A stretch of DNA of 63,839 nt, filler included, from Octopus bimaculoides (Eukaryota): assembly GCF_001194135.2 (NCBI RefSeq). It is 5 parts of 5 records of this genome, joined end to end, with 100 filler letters (N's around TTAATTAATTAA, not from the genome) between each part and the next. Parts side by side here need not be neighbours in the genome. Positions count along the whole stretch, not along the records: positions 10,266 to 31,784 come from NC_068987.1; positions 31,885 to 54,491 come from NC_069003.1; 3 more parts are not named here. The stretch is one strand, 5' to 3'. This document shows, piece after piece, positions 25,593 through 36,239 of this stretch (position 1 is the first letter of the stretch; each line of letters starts with the position of its first letter). A model generated the notes under the pieces. The model ran no database searches. It was given only the letters and a program-made list of their open reading frames with translations, and was not told the origin of the DNA. The translations under genes were made by a program, and so were the position numbers.

Positions 25593-25950
25593 GCTCGAAA
25601 CGTCAACTTCTCTTTCTTTCTTTCCCGAGCGTCTAGTAACACAATCTGTATCACGTTCTCGCGTTGTTGTTTTTGTTGCTTTTTTTTGTCGTTTTTCTTT
25701 TTTGAACTTTATATACATATATATATATAACCTAGTGGATATCGTTGGCGATTTTTTCTTCCTCCGTCTTCCCTTCTTTGGACTTTCCTATGTTTCCGAC
25801 GAAGATCTCCGCTCGAAACGTCAACTTCTCTTTCTTTCTTTCCCGAGCGTCTAGTAACACAATCTGTATCACGTTCTCGCGTTGTTGTTTTTGTTGCTTT
25901 TTTTTGTCGTTTTTCTTTTTTGAACTTTATATACATATATATATATATAT
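25593..25950 (+). repeat. Penelope-terminus-like repeat in a partial direct tandem (period 218 bp) with a degenerate minimal HHR at 25792-25825
   Basis: 25593-25728 repeats from 25811; gtt-t-ccgacga-a-gatc-tcc-gctc-GAAA-cg-TC-aac. Confidence 0.6.
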
Positions 25951-26149
25951 ATATATGCCTTTATCTATAAGTGTATATGTAGAGATATATAGATATATAT
26001 ACATGCATGATCTTATATATATTCTTTTATGCATTTCACCCTAGAGACTGTGGCCATGCTGGAGCACTGCCAGTATCACTATCTTTTCAATGGTCACTCC
26101 TATGTACTTGGGGTTTGATTCATTCAGGAGTTTAATATTTATTTCTTTA

Positions 26150-26355
26150 TTGCCGGGAGGGGGCTAAACATAGAGGGAACAAACAAGGACAGACAAATTA
26201 GATCGACCCCAGTGCGTGACTGGTACTCATTTAATCGATCCCGAAAGGATGAAAAGCAAAGTTGACCTCGGCGGAATTTTCTCTCAGAACGCAACGGCTG
26301 ACGAAATACCGCTAAGCATTTTGCCCGGCGTGCTAAACATTCTGCCAGCTCGCCG
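26150..26355 (-). mobile_element. SINE family B
   Basis: cccgaaaggatgaaaagcaaagttgacctcggcggaatt...attctgccagctcgccgcc. Confidence 0.85.
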
Positions 26356-26479
26356 CCCTAGGAGTTTAATATTACTGCCGTCGTTTGAGTTTTTTTACCC
26401 TGAAATTAACCCAGCTATTTCAGTTCCTGGTCATTACTGTTGAAAGAATGGGCGGGACCTTTGAAATAGTGCAGTGGCC

Positions 26480-29150
26480 TCCTGTTAGAAGTCCATTATA
26501 ACTCTCGATGCTAAAATTTGTTACCAGTCCTTCCATACGTATATCATTGCATATCGCTGCCATCTTCGCTCCAGTGAGCAGAGTCGTAATATTTTCAGTC
26601 TCTCCCAGTAAATTAACTGGTTCATTGATGCAACTGCCTTCCGTATTAAATTGAAACTATGGGGTGTCCACAGTTGAAATCAACAATCCAGATGGTTAAG
26701 AGTGGCTGCCTGTATAACTGACGACATGTCTGAGAGGGCTCCAAGACAGTTCCCTGAGGTGATCTACTCACAGTTAATTAATGTCTTCTTGGAGAGGGCT
26801 CCTTAGCTGAAACAGCCTGACTTCAATTTTTCTTTTTCGTTTTAAGAAGCCATGTAACCACTCTCCCTCTATTCGAATTATGCCGAGTCTCCGGAACTTG
26901 TGACATGTCATCCGATGAACCACCTCATCAAAAACTTTTGCAACATCTAGATATATCTTACCAACGTTTGAGCGATTCATAAGTTGCTTCAACACCCGGT
27001 CATAATGCATCATAAGTGCATAAGACAGCTTCTCCCAGAGAAGCCATGTTTTTTGTCGGAGAAAATCATTTTTTTGTCAGGGAACAAATTCCTCGTGGCA
27101 ATTCGTTCCATGACTCTGCTGGCATGGGATGTTAAAGAGTCAGGCCTTTCGTTTTTATCATTTGTTCTGCTTCCTCCTATATGGATAGGACAGATGTTTT
27201 TCTTTGAATTTATTTCTAGGTCGTCTAACTTTGGGGAAGTCTAACACTTGCAATGATGCTTTGAAAGGGCATCTACAGTGTTCTTGTTAAAACCCCTTTG
27301 CATTTTGTAGGAGGATTGCCGGGAACCTATCAGAGACTATGGCTGATATTACATCAGTTTCATGCATTTTGAAATAATCGATAATTACCATCCCTTTGTG
27401 TAGAGTTATTGTGTCAAAGAACTCGATCGGCATATTTATTTGAAAGTATCCCAATGGAGATGCGAAAATAATTTTGTAATGCATATTCAGTATTTCACTT
27501 GTCCTTTGAGGATTCTACAGTCAGTGAAACACTTTCTGCGAACAATGGCTCTACCTTGTGCCGTACTGAAGCAGACTCTTTCGCAAATCTATAGAAGACT
27601 TTCTACAGCTCGGGCTTCTTTTTTCTGCTCTCTTCTTTAAATTAGAGTATTTGAGTTCACTTTCAATATCAAACTGTTCTTTTGAGATAGGATACTTCAA
27701 TGGCGCATTTAGACGATTTGCATTTTTTGTTGGTCGTCTCATTATTATTTTATCTTCAGAATTATGTTTTTCTATCGGTTTCACATTCTCTCAGGAGCAG
27801 ACCTACTGCATATATTTTGTTTGATTGTCATATCTATCGTAACGATATGCGCTCCAGTATGGCCGCGGTCAAATAACTGAAACAAGTAAAAGAATAAAAG
27901 AATAGAGACCAGTTTTGTTCCAGGTGCTATTGCAGTTTTATTCTACTATGTTATGACCCGCGAAAATTATCACTTCAACACTACGGATAAAACGCCTTGT
28001 TATTTGTGAAGCAGAGTCGCAGGAGTTTTGCTTCATGTAAAGCATAATTGTGAGGTCAAGCAGAAACTCTACCTGCCTCTCCTCATGCAGTGACATACTA
28101 GAAGAAGGTGGTTCTCACGCCATTAGACATTCGTGAGTTTGAAGTTTCCTAGAAGAAGGTTGTCATCTTGGTTGGTCAATAACTCTCCTATCATTGTGAG
28201 GCATCCGGTGGATAGCATGTAGTACATATTGCCATTTAAAGTTGCTTTATATGTAATATTAGTAAGGTGGCGAGATGGCAGAAACGTTAGCGCGCCGGGT
28301 GAAGTGCTTAGCGGTATTTCGTCTGCCGCTACGTTCTGAGTTCGAATTCCACCGAAGTCGACTTTGCCTTTCATCCTATCGGGGTCGATAAATTAAGTAG
28401 CAGTTACTACTGGGATCGAGATAATCGACTGGTCCCCTCCCCACAATATGGTCACAAGGCCTCTAGCATTCAGCAGTGCCAATGGTGAGGTGTATGTGGT
28501 GGCCTAGGTGGCCTCTGGTTTGATATTTGTGGAGGCATCTTTTATCGCTGCCCTGGATCTTTCACTTTTTGTGGTGATGTTGTGTGTTGGTACATGTTTC
28601 TTTGACACAGGGTTTGTTATAATCAGGTTAGCTTCCTTACGTTTCTTGGAATCATTTCAAAAGATGTCCGCTATTTAGCTGTTACTGTCCGCACTGTGTC
28701 TCTGTATTGCTTTGTTTTTGGAAACAGTAATTGGAACATCCACATATTTCCAAGATGGAGACGGTATGTGTTATGATTCGATACTGTACACTTGTCGATC
28801 CTGATCGAAGTGCTTGTACCCTCGGGGGAAATTCTGTTGGGGACTGAAGTGAGGAAAAAAGAGCACCGCCCCTACATTACTTGGGATGTGCAACTCGCAG
28901 CCTGTTCCCTTGTCTCTCTGCCAGCAGATTCTGTATATAAAGAACTTTAAGATTACTTGGGTTTTCTTTTTCCCGGGACATTTGTTTTCATGAGTTCTAC
29001 TTTCCTTTGTCTTTGCGCTCACTTTTGACCAACGGTCACCTTCAGCTCATTCCGCTTGTTTTTGTCTTCATCTTTGGCTCTTCCTGGAGGCCCTTAGATT
29101 TTGCTGCAGGTCTTCTCCTTCGGTTTAAAGTTGACCAGAGTGGTGGTTAT
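26480..29150 (-). mobile_element. Heavily decayed CR1-type LINE with SINE insertions
   Basis: RT motif HYDRVL...IYLDVAKVFDEVVH...GEWLHGFLK at 26774-27013; APE-start-like ALLNARGL near 28470; Cys/His-rich ORF1-like remnant near 28900. Confidence 0.7.
28265..28445 (+). mobile_element. SINE family B (tRNA-like head)
   Basis: ggtggcgagatggcagaaacgttagc...gttcgaattcc...ggggtcgataaattaagta. Confidence 0.88.
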
Positions 29151-29309
29151 GCTGTCTGTTTCCTTCCCTTCCCTCACATCATCACTTTGACATTCTCAGA
29201 TTTCTTTCTCTCTCTCTGTGCGTGTGTGTGCGTGCATATACGTACATTCATGGTGTGTCCGTCTATGTATGAGTATGCGCGCATGTGCCTTTGAATATGC
29301 ATAACTGCT

Positions 29310-29348
<39 letters not shown>

Positions 29349-30465
29349 TTCTGTGTGTATACGTGTGTGTTTTTATATGACTGTAGATCTTTATTACGGT
29401 TGTATTTCAGTTACACAGCAACCCACCTGAATCTTTTCTTGTCTAATTACTTCGAATTCAAGATTATATCAGCAGTTACATCCATGTCTTGTTTTGTTAT
29501 TTTCATTGTTTTTTTTCTTTAGGTCATTTTTTTTGGGGGGGGGGTTGTTTTGTTTCGTTCTTGTTTACTCAAAAAGCGTTTTTTTTTTTTCTAATTTCGC
29601 TTTCAATATTTATTCCATCTTAAAATTCTTTAATCTATTTTCAGTTATTTCCCAATGTTCTAAGTAAGACACTTTTCACTTCTTTACGCTGTTTCTTCGA
29701 ATATCTTCACCCAGCTCTTCGAAGAGGATGGGAAGTTGTTTACAACGTATAAGGTTTGACGCAATAAAAAGAAACGGAACAAAAAGTCAAAACCATACCT
29801 ATTCTGTTTTTATTCTTTATTTTTTCACTTTCCTGGAGTCGCAGACAAAATTTCTGTTTTTACCATTTTATTTTGGATATTTTCGCTTTTGTATTTGGAA
29901 TGTTTGCTTCGGCTTTTCTCTTATTGATGTTACAACATTCGTCGTACGACTAAGGTTTTTGTTACTGTGATTACTTTTCGTTTTTGTTCCTTCATGTTGT
30001 CTCCAGTTTGTCGCGTTTTTCTTACTTATTCTTTTGATATTATACTCAATTCTTTTTAATATTACACTTCAACTACTTTTTCCGGCAACATTTTATACCA
30101 TAGACACACTCCCAATTACATACAAACACAAATACACACGCACATTTAGTCCGACTAAATGAATACCAAAACCACGTATTTATTCACTAGTATACATACA
30201 AAACACACCCGCTGACACAAACAGGAAAACAGATTCCTGCACACACACACACACACACACTTGTGTACGTTTGTGACTGTGTATGTATGTAAATACATAT
30301 ATGCTGGTGTATGTGTGTGACTATTAATATACAAAATTATACCATATACACATGCACATATATGTGTATACGTGTGTCTATGTGTATGCTGGTATACATG
30401 CACTGACATAAATGTAAAAACACACACACTGACACGCACATAATTATATATGTCTGTGTGTGTGT

Positions 30466-30501
<36 letters not shown>

Positions 30502-31119
30502 GTATACTTATATAAATATGTATATATGTGTGTATGCATGTAAACCATATATACATGTATATTGACGTTCTTGCCTGGCCAAGTTCATTTTCAAAATGAT
30601 ATCATTGTTGACAAGAGGAATCCGGCGTTATTTATATATGTTGCTATATAGATTCTACTAGATATATTCGCATTCAATATGATGTATAATATATAAATGT
30701 ATAAATACAGAAATGCATAAATAGTTTTAAAAACTGAAAGTAAATTGAATACTTTTTTTGTCATTTGAGATGTAATCTCGGATTGAATACAACATATTAT
30801 ACGTGTTGCATTGTCATTCTGCTCTTATTTTCATTCATATAGTACAAACATATTTATAGTAAGACGTAATTAAATACACTTCTGTAAAGAAATATATTAA
30901 GGTAAGTATATATTATGTTGTAATGATATCTTTCATTTTTCATTTGGATTTCACTTTTTCAATTATTGGTCCGCGGCCATGTTCGAACGGCTCCTTGTGG
31001 GTTTTTGTTGAAAACATCGATCCCAGCACTTTTAAGTTTGGCATTTATTCTGGAATTTATTAAGTTTGGCATTTATGCCCCGAAGACTTAAATACATATA
31101 TATTCTTTGATTCTTTTCT

Positions 31120-31320
31120 TTTATTGGTTTCACTCATTTGACTGCGGCCGTGCTGGAGCGCCGCCTTTAGTCGAACAAATCGACCCCCAGGAATTATTCT
31201 TTGCAACCTAGTACTTATCCTATCGTTCACTTTTACCGAACCGCTAGGTTACGGGGACGTAAACACACCAACATTGGTTGTCAATCGATGGTGGTGGAGA
31301 CAAACACAGACACACAAACT
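31120..31320 (-). mobile_element. SINE family A, 3' part
   Basis: cactcatttgactgcggccgtgctggagcgccgcc...accgaaccgctaggttacgggga. Confidence 0.85.
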
Positions 31321-31344
31321 TATATGCATATATCTCCCTATATA

Positions 31345-31770
31345 CATATATATAGTTGCGATTTACAAAAAAAAAACAAAAGACGAAGACGGGTGTGTAA
31401 ACAACAAACAGGTGTATTAGTTGAACGCTCAGGAATGTGAGAAAGTCTTTTAGGTTTCGAGCCTACGCTCTTTAACAGAAAGGAACACGAGAAACTAAAC
31501 AGAGAGAGAATAAAAAATGCTTTAGTGGCTAGCGATCGATCATGGTGATGGCTGGACGGAGATGGTCAAACAGGAGAGCTGAGATAAAGGGGAGATAATA
31601 AAGTAGTAGTGATCAGAAAAAAGAAAGTGCGCGTGCGTATGTATGTGAGAGCGTGTAAGTGTGTGCGTGTGGTTGTGTGCATGTGTAGGTGTGTGGATGA
31701 TAGTGTGGGTGCTGGGAAGTGGTCAGTGCTAGTGTGTGCGGGATGGTGTGAAATAGTGTGGTATATATAT
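31345..31770 (-). mobile_element. Penelope-terminus-like repeat abutting (TA)n, with a decayed minimal HHR at 31447-31482
   Basis: Shares aaaagacgaagacgggtgtgtaaacaacaaac...tttcgagcctacgctc with 31915-32060, 36025-36130 and 9570-9645. Confidence 0.6.
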
Positions 31771-31884
31771 ATATATATATATATNNNNNNNNNNNNNNNN
31801 NNNNNNNNNNNNNNNNNNNNNNNNNNNNTTAATTAATTAANNNNNNNNNNNNNNNNNNNNNNNNNNNNNNNNNNNNNNNNNNNN

Positions 31885-31922
<38 letters not shown>

Positions 31923-32004
31923 AAAATTTACAAAAAACAAAAGATGAAGACGGGTGTGTAAACAACAAACATGCATTAATTTAACACTCGGGAAATGAGA
32001 AAGT

Positions 32005-32040
32005 CTTTTACGTTTCGAGCCTACGCTCTTCGACAGAAAG
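32005..32040 (-). ncRNA. Minimal hammerhead-like motif with an A6U core variant
   Basis: Minus strand reads cttt-CTGTCGA-a-gagc-gtag-gctc-GAAA-cg-TA-aaag; all helices pair and helix III is the palindrome ACGT. Confidence 0.55.
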
Positions 32041-33062
32041 GAACACAGAAATAAACAGGGTGGTGGGAAATTCTGTCTGTCGGTGTGTTTGTGGAGTTGT
32101 TCGTTAACTCCTCCTACATCGTTTTATCGATTTTGATGAAACTAGACACGTGAGTAGAACTTATGACATATTCAGATTGTTGAAAAAATTGATAACAGGG
32201 CCTCTGGAAGGGATCATTATATTTATCTAATATATTTTATTTTAAAAACCAAAGGAAATAAACCATTCGCCCCTGGAAGGGATCCTTATATATAGCCAAG
32301 GGAAATAATCCACTCATTTTCCTAAATTATTTGGTATACATCAAATTGAGTACGCTTATTTCTTAGCATTTGAACTGTTATAGTTATTTTCGCAATTTAT
32401 CCAGTACAACCCTTAAACAAGTAAATAGTATTTTCTTAAATTATAGATCCACTTAGGGTAATATTCTCTGGGAACGCACAAAAGTCCTTTTCTGAGTTAT
32501 TTACTTTGTATTGTTATTATCTCATATCTGATTAGCCTGTTATTACGTAACATGCTTCACGATTTTAGTATACATACCTTATTAGTATTTCCTCCTATGT
32601 TCTATATACTCTGGGAACGAATCAAAGCCCTTTTCGGGGCTACTTTATTTGAATTCTTACTGTCGGGTAACTAATTTCATGTTATCACTTAATTGACTTC
32701 ACAATTTGGGTATTCATAACTTATTGGGAATTACTAAAAACAAGATCCTGTGTAAGACAATTCGGTATTCTCTGTAAATGCACAAAAACCGTTTTAAGGG
32801 CTGCATACTTTGTATTGTTGTTATTAGATTAGCGAAACAATTATGAGAACGAAACCTAGGNNNNNNNNNNNNNNNNNNNNNNNNNNNNNNNNNNNNNNNN
32901 NNNNNNNNNNNNNNNNNNNNNNNNNNNNNNNNNNNNNNNNNNNNNNNNNNNNNNNNNNNNNNNNNNNNNNNNNNNNNNNNNNNNNNNNNNNNNNNNNNNN
33001 NNNNNNNNNNNNNNNNNNNNNNNNNNNNNNNNNNNNNNNNNNNNNNNNNNNNNNNNNNNNNN

Positions 33063-33095
<33 letters not shown>

Positions 33096-34059
33096 GTATA
33101 TGTATATACATGCTTGTGCATCTGTGTATGGGTACATATCTATGTGTATATGTGAGAGTATACGGGCCTGTATAATAGTACATATGCACATTTATATGTA
33201 TATGCGTGCGCGTGTGCGTATATCCATATACATACTTTTCTTTCATTAATTTATCATCCCCCACTATCACTTTAGCTAGTACAATAAATGCCTACCTCTA
33301 CTTTTAGAAACTTGACCATTATATCTTCTTATTCTTCCCTCCTTTTTGAGGTTTTTTCTCATTTCTAGTACCCCTTTCGTACCACATTCTTTATCTATCT
33401 CTCCACCTAAGTGCCTTATCACCCCAACCTTCCACTTCTCACACATATTCCTTCCTTACATTCTTATCTCTTCCATCTATCCTTCCTCCTATTCGATTTA
33501 TCCACTGATAGCTTTTCTCTCCCCACCCTTCACAATATCTTGACCACCCTCTAGCACTCCTTTTTTCCTTTTCTCTTCCTCTTTGTTTCTTTCTTATTTC
33601 CTCTCCCAATCTTTTTGACCACTACCATTTTTCTTCCTTCTAACATACTTATCTGTTCTCTTCTCTCTATCTACTTCCCCTACCAGTATATTCTCAAAAT
33701 TTCATTTACACTACAAGATCCCTTTGAATGGAATTAATATCTACGCACTCTCCATTTATAATAACAAAATATGAACTCCTTTAGGAATTTACATACCATG
33801 GACAAGAAGCTTCTTTACCCATTCTAGCACATACCTTGGAAAGCATGCGTACATGTATACATGTGTACGAATGATTGTATATATACGAGTGCAACTCTAC
33901 CTGTTGTACTTGTCTCCTTCCTTCATACATATATGTATGTATATACGTTTATATATCTGCAGGTGTAGATGTGTTTGACAGACAGGAGGGTGTTTTTGTG
34001 TATATACATATATAACTCATTTGTATATTCAAGTTTTGCGGCGAATGTGAATGTTTTAC

Positions 34060-34310
34060 GGTTTATGTTTTTGCGTATGTGTTTTTATTTGTACATACGT
34101 CTATCTGCGTATGTATGTGCATGTGCGTATAGACTACGTTTTTTTTATATCCGCGTATGTGTGTGTATGTGTGTATGTGCGTATAGAGATGAGTATATGA
34201 ACATAATGATGCGTGCGTTTTTGCGTATGTGTTCTTATTTGTATATACGTCTTTCCGCGTATGTATATGCATGTACGTATAAACTACGTTTTGTATATCG
34301 CGTATTGTGC
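34060..34310 (+). repeat. Tandem duplication of about 155 bp in a TG/TA-rich region
   Basis: gtttttgcgtatgtgtt.ttatttgta.atacgtct...actacgtttt occurs at about 34067 and 34218. Confidence 0.8.
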
Positions 34311-34539
34311 GTGTATGCGTAGACATATATATATGTATGTGTGTTTGTATGTATATGTACACGCGTGTGTGAGTATGTATATAGATATATATACATACAT
34401 GTGTGTGCGTGCGCGTACGTGTATGTGTGTGTATATGTGTGCCTATGCGGATTCTATGTACGAAGTATTACTTTCCTCATGCCTATTGGAGTAATTTCCC
34501 TTTATTCAACGGTTTTTTTTCTTTTCATAGCGTTTGTCT

Positions 34540-34600
34540 TAATAACTGATGAGATGCCGGAGCAGACTTCTGCACCGGAATCCGAAACTGAGTTTTATTA
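34540..34600 (+). ncRNA. Type I hammerhead ribozyme motif, core intact
   Basis: taataa-CTGATGA-gatgccggagcag-actt-ctgcaccggaatc-c-GAAA-ctgag-TT-ttatta. Helix I is 6 bp, helix II is long with two mismatches, helix III is ACTGAGT. Confidence 0.6.
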
Positions 34601-35489
34601 TGACAACCAACTAATTGTCACATATTATATTTAAGTTATCATTATTCTTTTTAAAATAATGATAAAGTGGCCAGTAAACATAATCCAGATATGCAAAATA
34701 TATATTAAAAGTCAGGGTACAATATGTACCTGCTTGCTTGAAAGAAGAGTTAAAACTCTTCAAAACCACGTATCTCTCACTGTATGTAAACATGCACGAG
34801 AATGTAGCAAATGGATTTAGATAAACGGTCGTCCCCATTTGTAAAACTACAAACAGGATGGTAGATATTCCAATATGAATTGATTTCGCTTTCTGTGCCG
34901 AATTGACACTTAAAGCTCATCAGCTAGGCTTACTACGTAAACTATTTTCTTAAATGTATTTACCTCTCGGTGCGCGTTTGTCCAGCTGAAGGCCCCGCGA
35001 CTTCCAAACGAACATTAGCGAACAAGTATAAATGTTTTAAAATAATTTACGTAGTAATATATATATATATATAGATAGATAGATAGATATTATGAGATAT
35101 TCGATAATAAAACGAGTGGTTTATACCTGGTAGCTTACTGATAAAGCACGGTCACTTTCACAGTGTTCATTATGTATCTGGTTAATGAGAGACAGAAGAT
35201 GAAAGATACGAGGATTTCTATTAATCACTACAATTGTTTTGACACATCAGGAATCGATCCCTCACAGGTGGGATACTTAACAACTGATTCAGGAGCATCC
35301 GATGGTACAGATGTGCCTCTTCGGGTATCTTCCATCTTCCATCTCTCATTTACCATATGCATAGCGAACACTGAAAGTGATCATACTTTATCAGGAAGCT
35401 ACCATGTATAAACCATTCATTTTATCTAATATATATATATGGGCCCTTCTACCCTCCTGGACATAATGAACCATAACAAATATCATGTT

Positions 35490-36012
35490 CAATTCAGACG
35501 TTAGGATTGCCTGCACGAACCCATACAACAGACCAACAACATCAGCAGTGTCGTTGATTATCCTCCGACGATCTTCATGTACAAGCTGATAAATTTTGTC
35601 CACGTTTCTGAGGGTGACGATCATGGAAGATCTTCCAGATAGCTCATCACCTTCCAGGTACGTTCTTCTACTTTTGAAGCGCCTATGTCACTCAAAACAT
35701 TACATACTACCCTCGTCGCCGTAAGCTTGCCAAAGCATGTTCAATGTCTCTGTAGCAGATTTCTCGAGATTAACGCAAAATTTCACGTTAACTCTTTATT
35801 CCAACTTCCTATCAATGACAAAATCGCAAACTACAGCATACACGTGATCACAAAATCACAAATTTCACGACTTCCAAAGTGAAAACAGCAATGTTTCTCA
35901 CTACACTACCTCATGAAGATCACTGGTAGCTCTCTTTGCGCACGCAACAGTGTGCTGTCATCTGTTGGCGCGCTACTTAACTAGTCCGGGAACTTTTTCA
36001 TACCACTTGGTG
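35490..36012 (-). mobile_element. Mariner 5' half (TIR plus transposase N-terminus)
   Basis: NVDKIYQLVHEDRRRIINDTADVVGL; IKFCVNLEKSATETLNML; TIR-like gtccgggaactttttcataccacttggtg followed by TA. Confidence 0.8.
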
Positions 36013-36239
36013 TATATATATATATAGTTCAAATTTACAGAAAATAAAAGACGAAGACAAGTGAGGCAACAACATGTAGGTGTATTAGTTTAATGTTTCG
36101 AGCCTACGTTCGTCGATAGAAATGACTGAGACTAAATAAACGGAGAGAGAAAAATGTGTAGGGAAATAAACGTACATTTATAATACATATATATAGGCGC
36201 AGGAATGGCTGTGTGGTAAGTAGCTCGCTTCCTTCGCAT

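Noticed and set aside
28265-28350. tRNA-like sequences with A/B boxes (also 45416, 57921 and others)
   Set aside because: They continue into SINE bodies and do not form full cloverleafs.
29714-29752. Possible small exon after a long pyrimidine tract (also 35231-35305, 47268-47350 and 58880-58945)
   Set aside because: Weak or missing donors or acceptors, no consistent phase chain and no recognisable protein.
34531-34634. Apparent coding exon (FVLITDEMPEQTSAPESETEFYYDNQ...) after a strong acceptor
   Set aside because: No usable donor, and the sequence is better explained by a hammerhead fold.
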